NCBI GenBank assembly: GCA_963817255.1
Contig: CAWFNT010000001.1
Location: 67,456 to 131,455 of the forward strand
Reading direction: 5' to 3'
DNA from: an uncultured Actinomycetes bacterium
GTDB taxonomy: Bacteria; Actinomycetota; Coriobacteriia; Anaerosomatales; CAVRZR01
Length of the DNA stretch: 64,000 bases
The notes under the pieces were generated by a model that searched no databases, was not told the DNA's origin, and saw only the letters and a program-made list of their open reading frames with translations. Below, in pieces: positions 8,764-20,870 of this stretch (position 1 is the stretch's first letter; the number at the start of each line of letters is the position of its first letter). A program made the translations under genes and the position numbers.

Positions 8764-9719
8764 TTCCCGCGTTGCCGCTCGAGCACGACATCGGCGGCGA
8801 GGTTGATGACGAACGTGATCGCGAAGAGCACGAGCGCCATCGCAAACAGCGTCGAATAGTGCAGCCCGCCGCGCACGACCTCGCCCATCTCGTTGGCGAT
8901 GGTCCCGGGCAGCGTACGAACGGACTCGAACGGGGTCCTGGTGATCAACCCGGAGTTACCCGCCAGCATGAGCACGACCATGGTCTCGCCGATCGCGCGG
9001 CCGATGCCGAGCATGACGGCGGCGAACACGCCGGACGAGGCAGCCGGGACGACGACCTTATACGTCGTCTGCCAGCGGTTATTGCCCAGAGCGAGCGAAC
9101 CGAAGCGGAGCGACTCGGGGACGGCGTGCAGCGCGTCCTCGGAGATGGAGACGATGGTCGGCAGCGCCATGAAGCCGACGAAGAGCCCGGCCGTGAGCGC
9201 GGTCAGGCCGCTGCTCAATCCCAGCGTGTCCTTCACGAACGGCACGCCCAGGTAGATGCCGATCATGCCCAAGACGACCGAGGGTATCGCAGCCATGAAC
9301 TCGATGATCGACTTCGCGATGTCCTTCATTCGGCCGCCGGCAAACTCAGAGATGAACACCGCCGAGGCAAGACCGAACGGGACCGCGAGGCCCACGGCGA
9401 CCGTCGTGACCCACAGCGAGCCGACGATCGACGGCAAGAACCCGAACGACGTGGGCGTTCCGGTGGGGAACCATGAGTCGCCGGACAGCATGGGCCACAG
9501 GCCGTTGGACGACAGCGCCTGCACCGCATTCGAGGCGAGGAAGACCATGATCGCCCCGAGGATGAGGATCGCCATCCAGCCGCTCAGGTACACGAGCCAC
9601 CGAACGACGGTCTCGGCCGCCAGGCTACGAGCCCGACGACCGAGTACCGCACTCGACCCGGGTGGTCGCGAGGGAGAGGGAGGCCTCCTCGCGGCCACTG
9701 TGGAAGGCGCGTCGTTCAT
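8751..9719 (-). CDS. pstC: Phosphate ABC transporter permease
   Basis: [19 protein letters not shown]. Confidence 0.93.
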   Translation of the reverse strand: MNDAPSTVAARRPPSPSRPPGSSAVLGRRARSLAAETVVRWLVYLSGWMAILILGAIMVFLASNAVQALSSNGLWPMLSGDSWFPTGTPTSFGFLPSIVGSLWVTTVAVGLAVPFGLASAVFISEFAGGRMKDIAKSIIEFMAAIPSVVLGMIGIYLGVPFVKDTLGLSSGLTALTAGLFVGFMALPTIVSISEDALHAVPESLRFGSLALGNNRWQTTYKVVVPAASSGVFAAVMLGIGRAIGETMVVLMLAGNSGLITRTPFESVRTLPGTIANEMGEVVRGGLHYSTLFAMALVLFAITFVINLAADVVLERQRGKWRR

Positions 9720-10607
9720 CTACTTCGCAAGCGGGACGAATCCCTCGTCCTCGACGACCTTCTGGCCGGCGGGCCCGAGGATCCACTCGACGTAGGTCTT
9801 GCCGGCACCCGTTGGGTCGCCGTTGCTGTATATGTAGAGCTTGCGGCTGATCGGGTAGGTGTTGTCGAGTACGGTCGCCACGGAAGCCGCGACGCCGTCG
9901 ATCTCGAGTACCTTCACGTCGGGCGTCTCGTAGCCGACGCCGATGTAGCCGATCGCGGCCTCGTTGCCCGTGGTTTCGTCGACAATGGCCTGCGTGGAAG
10001 GCAGCAGCTTGGCCGATTTCGCGTAGTTCTTGTCTTTGCCGACCACGGCTTCCTTGAAGTACTCGTAGGTCCCGGACGACGAGTCGCGCGACAGGAGCAC
10101 GATCTCTTGGTCGGCCCCACCAACGTCCTTCCAGTTGGTGATCTCGCCGCGGTAGATCCTGCCGAGCTGCTCCATCGTGAGGCCCGTGACGCCGTTCGCG
10201 GGGTTCACGATGACTGCGATCCCGTCCTGGGCCACGGCCGTCTCGACGGGATTGATGCCCTTGTCAGTGGCCTGCTGGGTCTCTTCGGCCTTCATCTCGC
10301 GGGAGGCGTTCGCGAAGTCGGCGGTGCCGTTGATGAGCGCTGCGATGCCGTTGCCCGAGCCGCCGCCCTTGACGGCGATGTTCACGTTCGGGTTCTCGGT
10401 CATGAACTGCTCGGCCCACGAATTCGCGAGGTTGACCATCGTGTCCGAGCCCTCGACGTTGAACGAGCCCGAGAGGTCCGAGCCGGTCGAGTCCGATGAG
10501 GTGCTCGAGCCCGCGTCCGCCTTGCCGCATCCGGCGAGACTCGACGCGCTCAGAGCGAGCACCGTTACGAGTACCAGTCCGACGACTGTCCTACGCTTCA
10601 CATTCAC
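9720..10607 (-). CDS. pstS: Phosphate-binding lipoprotein
   Basis: Lipobox LAGC; GSDTM, GGGSGNG, RDSSSGTYEYF. Confidence 0.95.
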   Translation of the reverse strand: MNVKRRTVVGLVLVTVLALSASSLAGCGKADAGSSTSSDSTGSDLSGSFNVEGSDTMVNLANSWAEQFMTENPNVNIAVKGGGSGNGIAALINGTADFANASREMKAEETQQATDKGINPVETAVAQDGIAVIVNPANGVTGLTMEQLGRIYRGEITNWKDVGGADQEIVLLSRDSSSGTYEYFKEAVVGKDKNYAKSAKLLPSTQAIVDETTGNEAAIGYIGVGYETPDVKVLEIDGVAASVATVLDNTYPISRKLYIYSNGDPTGAGKTYVEWILGPAGQKVVEDEGFVPLAK

Positions 10608-10715
10608 TCCTCTTGACTGCCGACGATGCTCGAGGCGGTCTTCGCGCCTCGGACATCATGCTAGGGAGCGTCGTCGCCGGAGTGGTTGCACGAGTGTTAC
10701 ATCTCCGGGCTCTTC

Positions 10716-10748
10716 GTAAAATGATTGTTAAATCCATGTTCACTCAGC
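10716..10748 (+). promoter_or_regulatory. PHO-box-like 11-bp direct repeats
   Basis: GTAAAATGATT-GTTAAATCCAT-GTTCACTCAGC between pstS and the response regulator. Confidence 0.65.
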
Positions 10749-10840
10749 GGTGTCCCGTGGGATGATGCGTGTGCAACGTGCGCCCAAGACCCGGCACGTA
10801 CTGCCTGCTCAATGAAGCAGCCGGGAGTCGAAGGAGCCCC

Positions 10841-11575
10841 GTGGCAACGATCCTTGTTGTAGAAGACGACCCGATCATCCGACAGACCGTCGAGTACGCG
10901 CTTCGGCGCGCGGGTTTCGAGACTCACGCGTCGGCGGACGGCATCCATGCGCTCGAACTCGCGCGCGAGGTCCGCCCCGATCTGGTGCTGCTTGACCTGA
11001 TGTTGCCCGGCATCGATGGATACCAGGTCGCCGAGAAGCTGCGGTCGACCGGCGGGGAGATGCCGATCATCATGGTCACCGCGCTCGACCAGGAGCGGGA
11101 CAAGGTTCGAGGGCTCGACGCCGGCGCAGACGACTACATCACGAAGCCGTTCTCGATGGAGGAGCTGCTGGCGCGCGTGCGCGCGAACCTGAGACGTGTA
11201 CGAACGCAGGGTGTGCTTGCCAGGCACGACGTCATCGAAACCGGCGACATCCGGATCGAGCCGAGCAGCGCTAGGGTGTTCGTCAAAGGCGAGCCGGCGA
11301 AGCTCCGACTCAAGGAGTTCCAACTTCTCGTCGCGATGGCCTCCAAACCGGGACTCTTGTGTACTCGGCAACATCTCGCCGAAGAGGTGTGGGGATACGA
11401 GTTCTTGCCCTCTTCGCGAACGATCGACGTGCACATCCGTCGTCTGCGGCAGGCTGTGGAGGAGCCGTCGGACTTCGAGTACGTGCATACGGTGCACGGG
11501 ATGGGCTACCGCTTCGAGGCCGTGCCGAAGCGAGCGACCGGGGCCGGCAGCGATTCCGAAGAGGCTTCGCCGTGA
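10841..11575 (+). CDS. OmpR-family response regulator (PhoB/RegX3-like)
   Basis: ILVVEDD, LLDLMLP, GADDYITKPF, winged helix TIDVHIRRLR. Confidence 0.92.
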   Translation: MATILVVEDDPIIRQTVEYALRRAGFETHASADGIHALELAREVRPDLVLLDLMLPGIDGYQVAEKLRSTGGEMPIIMVTALDQERDKVRGLDAGADDYITKPFSMEELLARVRANLRRVRTQGVLARHDVIETGDIRIEPSSARVFVKGEPAKLRLKEFQLLVAMASKPGLLCTRQHLAEEVWGYEFLPSSRTIDVHIRRLRQAVEEPSDFEYVHTVHGMGYRFEAVPKRATGAGSDSEEASP

Positions 11576-13333
11576 GCGTCCACCGCCCCCGGTGGCTCGG
11601 CTCCTACCGGGGCAGACTCGTCCTTGGCTATGCAATCGTCGTGGCGCTGTTCTGCGTGGCGTGGGCGTGGAGCCTCTTCGGCCCGATCACCACCGCCCTC
11701 GTCACGCAACAGCAGCGCGAGCTTCTTGCGATCGCGCGAGCTGGGAGCGCAATAAGCTCTCAGGGGAGTACCGCCATCGAGATCGCGAAGACGATGAGCG
11801 ACGCAGGCGATCGTTCGGGTGACCGTCGTCGGGTCGGACGGCACGGTGCTCGCCGACTCCAACGAAGACTCCGCCACGATGGAGAACCATGCGAGCCGGC
11901 CGGAGATCGCTGCGGCCCTCCAGGGACGAACCGGCGAAGCGCGCCGAGTGTCACAGACCGAGGGCTCCGAACAGCTGTACGTTGCTGTCCCCGCGACGGT
12001 AGCCGGCACCGCCGGAGCGGTGCGCGTCTCGGAGGAGATCGCAAGCATCGATCGCGTCGCCGCACGCGCCCGGCGGGTCGGCATCATCCTGCTCGTCCTT
12101 GCGCTTGGCCTCGCGGCTGCCATCGCGGCGGTCGTGAGCCGTGGACTCGCGGAGCCGATCCGCGAGTTGTCGGCTGCCGCGGAGAGAATGGCTGCGGGCG
12201 ACCTCGGCGCGGAGATACCGCGTCCCGCAGGCGAACTCGGCGTGCTCGCGGATTCGCTTGGCGAAGTGCGACGGCAGATCCGGCTACGCATAGACGAACT
12301 CGAAGCCGAGCAGGCCAACATGCGGTCCGCGCTCGATGGGTTCCAAGACGCGGTCTTTCTTCTCCACGGCGACGAGATCAGATTCGCCAACGCGGCCGCG
12401 TGCACGCTGTTTCGCGCGCCGGCCGACGGCTGGCGGGGACGCGGCGTCCGCGACGTTGGACTCCCAGTATCGCTCGCGGCGCGCATCGTCGATTTGCTCG
12501 GTCGTGAGGAGCCCTTCTCGGAAGACGTGCCGCCCGAGCCGACCGGACGCAGCCTTCGGCTGTCCACGGTGCCGCTCAACCCTGTCGAGGGCTCGGCTCG
12601 CACTCTGGTCGTCCTCTCGGACATCACCGAGCGCGTCCAACTCGAACGGATGCGCAGAGACTTCGTGGCCAACGCGAGCCACGAACTGAAGACTCCGGCC
12701 GCCGGCATCCAGTTGCTCGCCGAGTCGGCGGCGGATGCGGCGGCCGATGGCGATGAAGCCCAGGCTATCGTGTTCGCTCGACAGATTGCGACGGAGTCGA
12801 GCCGTCTGCAGCGACTCGTTAGAGACCTTCTTGACCTTTCTCGGCTGGAGACGACGCCGTCCGCTGAGTCCATCGCCAACGTGCGCGAGGCGGTCGGAAA
12901 CGCGATGCTCGGCCACCAGTCGGCGGCGGCGGCGCGAGGTCTGTACGTGAGATTCGATGACTCGAAGATGGCCGACCAGGACGCCTTCGTCGTTGCCGAC
13001 CCGACCGACCTTGCGGTGGCACTCGACAACTTGCTCGACAACGCGATCACCTACACGGAGGCCGGCGGCGTGAGCGTCAGCATCGAGGCGACGGCGGACA
13101 CGCTTCGGTTGCGCGTCGAAGACACCGGCATCGGGATGCCCGAGGACGAGCTGCCCAGGATCTTCGAACGCTTCTACCGAGTGGATCGTGCGCGCTCGCG
13201 GGACAGCGGGGGGACCGGGCTTGGTCTTGCTCTGGTTCGACATGCGATAGAGCGTTCCGGAGGCACCGTGGCCGTTGAATCGAAGCCTGGCAGCGGCACC
13301 GCATTCAACCTTGTCTTCAGACGCGCACTGTAG
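11572..13333 (+). CDS. Sensor histidine kinase (PhoR-like; HAMP, HisKA, HATPase), frameshift near 11800
   Basis: MENHASRPEI, FVANASHELKTP, RIFERFYRVD, GGTGLGL; N-terminal TM segment lies in another frame. Confidence 0.88.
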
Positions 13334-13469
13334 GGCCGCGCTGCGCCTGTCCGCGCTTCGGCGCGGTCCGTGCTAGTCTACGTAGCCCCCCGCTCGAGAC
13401 TCGCCGGTTACGCGCGCGTACACTCGGGCGTGAGAGGTCTCGCGCCGTACCCCAACACTCGGAGTTCCC

Positions 13470-15279
<1,810 letters not shown>

Positions 15280-15325
15280 AGGCGGCCGTCGGCCACCGGC
15301 GGGAGCGGGCGGTCAGCTCCGGGGG

Positions 15326-16867
15326 TCAGGCCGACATCGACGTACTCTTCCCAGCACCGTCTGTCGCCTCGGCGACCTTGAAGGCAGAGGTGTGCGCGCC
15401 CACCCAGTCGAACAGGGCGCCGAACATCCGCTTCATGGGACCGAGATGCGTCGGATAGTAGAAGTCCGACTCGTACCAGCCGTGATCTCGATAGTACGTC
15501 CAGTCGGCCTCGTCCATCGCGGCATTGAGCTTGATGCCCGTCCGCCCCATCCGGAACATCATGAGCGCGAAGAGCGAGGGCACCGGGTAGGCGGGACGCA
15601 TCAGTTGCGCGTGGAACCGACGCGCCTGCCTGGTGAGGGCGTCATCCATCTTCTCGATCGCCTTGTCGGTCATGGGCTCAAGCGTGTGGATGACACTGCC
15701 CTTCACGGTCTCGAAGCCCAGTCCGCCGGCGACGAACTCGAGGTACTTCCTGATCCGGCCGCCGAACATGATTCCCTGCACCACGATCGAGGTCGCCGTC
15801 TTGCCGTGGAAGCGCGGCCTGTGGAACGCGAAACCGATCCTGTCGAGGAACACCTTCATCAAGCCGGAGACCTGCCATGAGTAGTTCGGCGATGCGAAGA
15901 CGACCGCGTCCGCGGCGTCCATCTTGCGGAGCAGCACGTCACGATCGTCCTTGAGCGGACAGCGCTCCTCTCCGCGAGCGAAGCACGTCTTGCAGCCTCG
16001 GCAGATGCCGATGTCGTAGTCGCTCAGAGTGACGAGCTCTCCTTGGACATCCCCAAATGATTCGAGGTTGTCGAGAAACTTCCGGGCAGCCGTGTAGGTC
16101 GCGCCTCCTTTGTGCCCGCTGCCGACTAGCGCGAGCACGCTCTTCGTGTGCCTCAGACCATCCGCACTCGCGTCGTCACGAGCGGCGGCGGCGTTCTCCG
16201 TGTTTGATCTTCGGAGGACGACCGCGAACATCGCGATCCACAGCATCGTGCCGTATATGTTGATCCGCTCGACAGCGCCGGCCCACGGAGTCGAAGACGC
16301 CGCGGCTGTCATGTGCGTCGACAACGCACCCGTTGTGACGCCGGCCGCGATGATGATGAGGATCGAAGCGATCGAGTAGACCCGGAAGCCTCTCCCGCGT
16401 GCGCCCGACCCGAACGCGATGAACAGCACGATCGAGAGGACCTCCACGGCGGTGAGGATCATGTGCCCGACGTCGGTGGCCGACGTCACGGATCCGCGTG
16501 GCTGCATCGGGGAGAACAGCTGGGTCACTTCGCCGACCACGGCATAGACGACCAGCATGATCGCCGCCACTCGCAGAGAACGCTTCTGGCCAGCCGACCT
16601 CCACACCCCGACCGCGAAAGCGATCACCAGCAGGTTGTACACCGAGAACATCGCCAGCATGAACGGCCGTGTCGGCGCTTGGAGGGCGGCCAGCTCGCTC
16701 ACCGCCTGATTCACGTAGCTGTAGCTCTCCCAGCGCACGGACGCGAGCACCTCGCCCGCGACGTAGAGAATCGACGAAAGGATGCCGCAGAACAGCAAGG
16801 CGGATACGACCTTCTCGGTGGGAACCTGCCGCTCGCCTCTCGTGAGAACCTTAGTTGTCTGACTCAT
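15326..16867 (-). CDS. DUF998-like membrane domain fused to flavodoxin-family NAD(P)H:FMN oxidoreductase
   Basis: YSYVNQAVSELAA with 5 TM segments, then LVGS..CRGCKTC..FASPNY..MKVFLDR. Confidence 0.75.
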   Translation of the reverse strand: MSQTTKVLTRGERQVPTEKVVSALLFCGILSSILYVAGEVLASVRWESYSYVNQAVSELAALQAPTRPFMLAMFSVYNLLVIAFAVGVWRSAGQKRSLRVAAIMLVVYAVVGEVTQLFSPMQPRGSVTSATDVGHMILTAVEVLSIVLFIAFGSGARGRGFRVYSIASILIIIAAGVTTGALSTHMTAAASSTPWAGAVERINIYGTMLWIAMFAVVLRRSNTENAAAARDDASADGLRHTKSVLALVGSGHKGGATYTAARKFLDNLESFGDVQGELVTLSDYDIGICRGCKTCFARGEERCPLKDDRDVLLRKMDAADAVVFASPNYSWQVSGLMKVFLDRIGFAFHRPRFHGKTATSIVVQGIMFGGRIRKYLEFVAGGLGFETVKGSVIHTLEPMTDKAIEKMDDALTRQARRFHAQLMRPAYPVPSLFALMMFRMGRTGIKLNAAMDEADWTYYRDHGWYESDFYYPTHLGPMKRMFGALFDWVGAHTSAFKVAEATDGAGKSTSMSA

Positions 16868-16922
16868 CGTTCCACTCCTTCATCCCGCTATGCCGCACCG
16901 CCCCTCGGGCAGCCGGCGACGT

Positions 16923-17126
16923 CTATGCGAAGTGCCAGGGGAAGCCCGCGTAGTGCCCCCAGGCCAGAAACCCGGCCATTCCGAGGCCAGCCAGCGCCAC
17001 AAGCGCGGCGGCAATCCCGAGCACCCAACCACCCCAACCACCCCACCGGATCGCCAGCACGGCGGCAACCACAGCGAGGGCGCCAACGATGGCACAGCTC
17101 GGCATCACGGCAGCGGGAAGCGTCAT
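16923..17126 (-). CDS. Small membrane protein
   Basis: Two hydrophobic helices; GGAG RBS; co-oriented with neighbours. Confidence 0.5.
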   Translation of the reverse strand: MTLPAAVMPSCAIVGALAVVAAVLAIRWGGWGGWVLGIAAALVALAGLGMAGFLAWGHYAGFPWHFA

Positions 17127-17189
17127 GACTTCGAACTCCGCCCTCTGTATCGTTCCCGAGGCGGCACGCGCCTCAATCGGCAGGTCGTC

Positions 17190-17396
17190 TCAATAGAGCG
17201 ATGAGTCGAGCACCTTGACTTCGAGCTGAGCCTCGACTCCATCGCCCACCTGTCGCGTGTTTGCCACGCGGACCTGCACGCCCGGCACGCCGTTCTCCGG
17301 CACCCGCACCTCGCTTGCGCCCTTTGCCTTGACCACGTAGTGAAGGGTCGCTCCCTCCCAGCCGACTCGGCAGCTCGGCGTCGTCGTGATCTCCAT
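17190..17396 (-). CDS. Hypothetical protein (68 aa)
   Basis: Strong AGGAGGAG RBS; first gene downstream of the TetR operator. Confidence 0.55.
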   Translation of the reverse strand: MEITTTPSCRVGWEGATLHYVVKAKGASEVRVPENGVPGVQVRVANTRQVGDGVEAQLEVKVLDSSLY

Positions 17397-17454
17397 CTCT
17401 CTCCTCCTCCTTCTCCCGGACAGGTCCGGGTCGATCAGGGCTTGCCCGCCGCAT

Positions 17455-17505
17455 CTTTACGGCGTATACTTTACGGCGTACAGATTATACCCTTACACCG
17501 TAAAG
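17455..17505. promoter_or_regulatory. Three TetR-type operator copies and divergent promoter
   Basis: CTTTACGGCGTA x2 plus palindrome CTTACACCGTAAAG; TTGACT and TATAAT on the minus strand. Confidence 0.7.
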
Positions 17506-17539
17506 TCAACCCCCAATTTGGACGAGAGGTCGAGAAGAG

Positions 17540-18184
17540 ATGACACCGCATCCGAGCAAGGAAGGCCGCAAGCCGCTGACGAGGGAAAAGATCGTCGAGA
17601 CGGCCATCGAAGTGCTCGACACGGAGGGTGTCGAAGGCCTGAGCATGCGCCGCCTCGGCGAAGCGCTGGGCGTCGAGGCGATGGCGCTCTACCATCACTT
17701 CGCGAACAAGGACGCGATCCTCGATGCGGTCGCGAGCCGGATCATCGAGGAGACGGGTCCGGCGTTGCCGCTGGACCTGGACTCGGACTGGAAGACGGTG
17801 ATGCTCTCCGGTCCAGCGTCCGCCGGCCGCGCCCTCGAGGCGCACCCCAAGGCTGGCTGGCTCTTCATCGGCCGGCAGTACACCACCGCGGAGTCGCTCC
17901 AGATGATGGAAGCGCCCCTCGCGATCCTCAGCTCAGCTGGCTTCGAGGGGCAGGAGCTCGTTGATGCCGCGCATGCGATCTTCGCCTACACCGCCGGGTG
18001 GTACATGCTCTCTTCCGGGCAAGGAGGCTCGTGGAGCGGTCCCGATGCGGAAGCCGTTGCGGCGACGCCCGATGCCCCACCGTTGACGGCGTCGCTTGCG
18101 CCCGAGCTGCGCGACTGGAGTCGTGGCATGGAGGTGGGGCTCAAGGCGTTGCTCGACGGACTCGAGGCGAGGCACGAGAAGTAG
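17540..18184 (+). CDS. TetR/AcrR family regulator (TetR_C type)
   Basis: LSMRRLGEALGVEAMALYHHFANKDAIL. Confidence 0.92.
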   Translation: MTPHPSKEGRKPLTREKIVETAIEVLDTEGVEGLSMRRLGEALGVEAMALYHHFANKDAILDAVASRIIEETGPALPLDLDSDWKTVMLSGPASAGRALEAHPKAGWLFIGRQYTTAESLQMMEAPLAILSSAGFEGQELVDAAHAIFAYTAGWYMLSSGQGGSWSGPDAEAVAATPDAPPLTASLAPELRDWSRGMEVGLKALLDGLEARHEK

Positions 18185-18242
18185 CGCTTCGCCTCGATCC
18201 GAATCCGGCCTGCGTCGCGCGGGCAGGGTCAGCGCGTTGGCG

Positions 18243-19076
18243 CTATGCGGGCTTCACCGCCTGTACGGTGACGCTACGGAAGAGCTGTGCCGCCCGAACG
18301 GCTTCCTCGTGCGAGATGTCGCCCCCGACCTCGAACGCTCCGAGGAGCTCTTCGGCCTCGTCGGCGGTCGTTGCGTACGCGCTCTCGCTCGCCACGTGCA
18401 CGTCGGTGAATCCAGCCTCGCGCGCGGCCTCGAGGTAGTCGTCAAGCACGAGCGCTCCGCCGAGGCACGCGACGTAGGCGCCCACCGACGTTCGGGCGGC
18501 CTCGGGCAGCGGCTCGGTCGTCACGATGTCGGAGACCGAGATCCGCCCGCCCGGCTTGAGGACACGCAGCGCCTCGGCGAAGGCCTTGACCTTGTCGGGA
18601 ACGAGGTTGATGACGCAGTTGGAGATCACGAGGTCCGCGGTGTCGTCTTCGATGGGCAGGTCTTCGATCTCGCCGAGGCGGAACTCCACGTTGTCGAAGC
18701 CGCTCGTGCTCGCGTTGCGTTGCGCGAGCAAGATCATCTCGGCGGTCATGTCCACGCCGATGACGCGTCCGCTCGGGCCTGTCCTGCGTGCAGCGAGGAA
18801 GCAGTCGATGCCTCCGCCGGAGCCGAGGTCGACGACGGTCTCGCCTTCGACGATCGACTCGAGCGCGAGCGGGTTACCGCAACCGAGGCCGAGATCGGCG
18901 TCGGTGGGGATCTCGGCAAGGTCGGCCGCATCGTAGCCGGGGACGAGCACTGCCGAGGTGGCGTCGCCGCTGCAGCCGCAGCTCGAGCCGGGGCAGCACG
19001 ACGACTTCGTGCGCGCGTGTCCGGCGTACCGGTCGCGTACTGCCTCTTTGATGGTTTCGGGGTCGTGAGTGGTCAT
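18243..19076 (-). CDS. arsM: Arsenite S-adenosylmethionine methyltransferase
   Basis: N-terminal CC..CGC; LGLGCGNP, DLGSGGGIDC, ISNCVINLVPDK, YVACLGGA. Confidence 0.9.
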   Translation of the reverse strand: MTTHDPETIKEAVRDRYAGHARTKSSCCPGSSCGCSGDATSAVLVPGYDAADLAEIPTDADLGLGCGNPLALESIVEGETVVDLGSGGGIDCFLAARRTGPSGRVIGVDMTAEMILLAQRNASTSGFDNVEFRLGEIEDLPIEDDTADLVISNCVINLVPDKVKAFAEALRVLKPGGRISVSDIVTTEPLPEAARTSVGAYVACLGGALVLDDYLEAAREAGFTDVHVASESAYATTADEAEELLGAFEVGGDISHEEAVRAAQLFRSVTVQAVKPA

Positions 19077-19087
19077 TGGTGCTCCTT

Positions 19088-19381
19088 TCAGCCTTCGATT
19101 CCGAGGGCGGGCGCGATCACCGATCGGACGGCTCCGGCCACGGCGTCGGTCTTCACGAGCGTTACGCAGCAGATCTCTCCGTCGTCGCCTCGGTAGGAGA
19201 TGAGGGCGAGCCGATCTCCGGCCCGTATGCCCGCGCGCACTCGGAGGTCCTTGGGCAGGACGAGCTGGCCGCGCTCGTCCACGCTCACAACCGCCTCGAG
19301 CGCGCAGCACTCCTCGGCTGCGGTCGTCTGCGAAGGATCCGTGTCTGTCGCACACGTTGCGCAGGTGTCCTTCTCTGCCAC
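19088..19381 (-). CDS. Cys-rich AbrB-like DNA-binding protein (HgcAB-associated HgcC-like)
   Basis: CC-ALEAVVSVDERGQLVLPKDLRVRAGIRAGDRL..ICC; GTG start after AAGGAG. Confidence 0.75.
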   Translation of the reverse strand: MAEKDTCATCATDTDPSQTTAAEECCALEAVVSVDERGQLVLPKDLRVRAGIRAGDRLALISYRGDDGEICCVTLVKTDAVAGAVRSVIAPALGIEG

Positions 19382-19431
19382 TGCGGGCTCCTTTGGATCG
19401 GGCGGGCCGCTGAGCGCTCCCGCTTCAAGGA

Positions 19432-19464
19432 AATCAGAATAATCAGAAATATCAGAACAGTCAA
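19432..19464 (-). promoter_or_regulatory. Promoter with three TTCTGAT direct repeats upstream of hgcC-like/arsM
   Basis: Minus strand TTGACTG-TTCTGAT-AT-TTCTGAT-TA-TTCTGAT. Confidence 0.6.
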
Positions 19465-19537
19465 GCCATGGGCCCGGAGAGATCGGGGCCGCGGCATTAC
19501 CGTGCGCATGGCTCGTCAGCGACGCATCGGCACCAAG

Positions 19538-19574
19538 TATTGAGTTTATCAATATAGATATTGACTTTCTCAAG
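19538..19574. promoter_or_regulatory. Two palindromic operator-like sites upstream of the DUF2089 operon
   Basis: TATTGAGTTTATCAATA and TATTGACTTTCTCAAG, 21 bp apart; the second contains TTGACT. Confidence 0.6.
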
Positions 19575-19617
19575 CAATGGGTAGACTATGCGGGGAGATT
19601 AGTGAGGAGGCGACACC

Positions 19618-19986
19618 ATGACCAGTGAATGGCACGACCTGACCGACTTGATCGGCGACCGGGACTTCGTGGTTACGAGCGTGCGTTTGAAGGGCAGCGG
19701 CATCGCGCTCGAGGGCGAATTCGAACTGCCCCCGCTTGCGGGATTGCGCTACGAGGACCAGGTGTTCGTTGGCGAGTTCGTGCGGAGCCACGGTTCGATC
19801 AAACACATGGAGAAGGCATTAGGCGTGAGCTACCCCACCGTCAAGAACCGACTCAACCGTATCGCGGCACAGCTCCAGCTCGTCGAGGTGGACACTGAGC
19901 CGGGCGTGAGTTCGCGTGAGGTCCTCGACTTGCTCGAGAGCGGGGAGATCACCCCGGAGGACGCCGCGGAGAGGCTGAGGAGATAG
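19618..19986 (+). CDS. DUF2089 family HTH protein
   Basis: IALEGEFEL..GSIKHMEKALGVSYPTVKNRL..GEITPEDA. Confidence 0.88.
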   Translation: MTSEWHDLTDLIGDRDFVVTSVRLKGSGIALEGEFELPPLAGLRYEDQVFVGEFVRSHGSIKHMEKALGVSYPTVKNRLNRIAAQLQLVEVDTEPGVSSREVLDLLESGEITPEDAAERLRR

Positions 19987-19988
19987 CC

Positions 19989-20273
19989 ATGGTTCTCCCG
20001 CCGCTCGTCATCGACGTCCGAGTCAAGGAGCAAGACGCGCGGAGCTTTCGGATCTGGTTCCCGTTCGTGTTGCTCTGGCCGCTGCTGCTCTTGGTCGTGG
20101 GGTTCGCGCTCATCGTCACCCTGCTTGTCGACATCGCTCTCTGGTTCGCGGGATCGCGGTACCACCACTACACGGCGCTGCTCCTCAACACCGTGTGGCT
20201 GTTGGGTGAGTGCCGGGGCACGCACGCCCATATCGTGAGCGGCACCAGCCGCGTTCACGTCGATATCATCTAG
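19989..20273 (+). CDS. Hypothetical membrane protein of the DUF2089 operon
   Basis: FRIWFPFVLLWPLLL TM segment; operon position. Confidence 0.7.
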   Translation: MVLPPLVIDVRVKEQDARSFRIWFPFVLLWPLLLLVVGFALIVTLLVDIALWFAGSRYHHYTALLLNTVWLLGECRGTHAHIVSGTSRVHVDII

Positions 20274-20289
20274 AAGGAGTTGAGAGAAG

Positions 20290-20732
20290 TGAACGAAGAT
20301 CGCAAGCGCATCCTGGGCATGCTGGCCGAGGGAAAGATCTCCGCCGCCGAAGCGGAGACGCTGCTCGACGCTCTCGAGCCCTCGTCCGAGGGGGAGAGCG
20401 CGTCCGACGCGCCGATGCCTTCGGCAAGCTGGCCGACCGGTCCCACGGGCACCAAGACGCCCAAGTTCCTGTACGTCAAAGTCACAGGCAAGGACACCGT
20501 CGACGTGAAGGTCCCGCTGGGGCTTCTCCGCGCGGGACTGAAGCTCACGTCGCTCATCCCCCCGCAGGCCATGGATCGCATCAACGAATCCATGGGCGAG
20601 GCCGGCATGTCGATGGACTTCAACAACTTGAAGCCGGAGGACATCGAGGAGATCATCTCGAACCTCGGCGAGATGGAAGTCAACGTCCACTCGGCGGACG
20701 ACGACGCTGACGTGCGCGTCTTCTGCGCGTAG
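20290..20732 (+). CDS. SHOCT-like/YvlB-N-terminal domain protein
   Basis: EDRKRILGMLAEGKISAAEAETLLDAL; VKVPLGL. Confidence 0.8.
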
Positions 20733-20870
20733 GTGCTCTTGCGCGCGGGTCGTGGCTCGGAGGCCGACTACTCCTCGCTGCCGCGTTCGCCCTACCCGAC
20801 GTGTCATCATTCGTGCTGGCGAGCTTCTCCGGCGCCGGGGGTATGAACAGGGCGAGGTGGGAGCGGTGTT

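Noticed and set aside
7901..8845. N-terminal 315 aa of the 632-aa pstB ORF
   Set aside because: Alternative-frame shadow of pstA; PstB homology starts near 7900.
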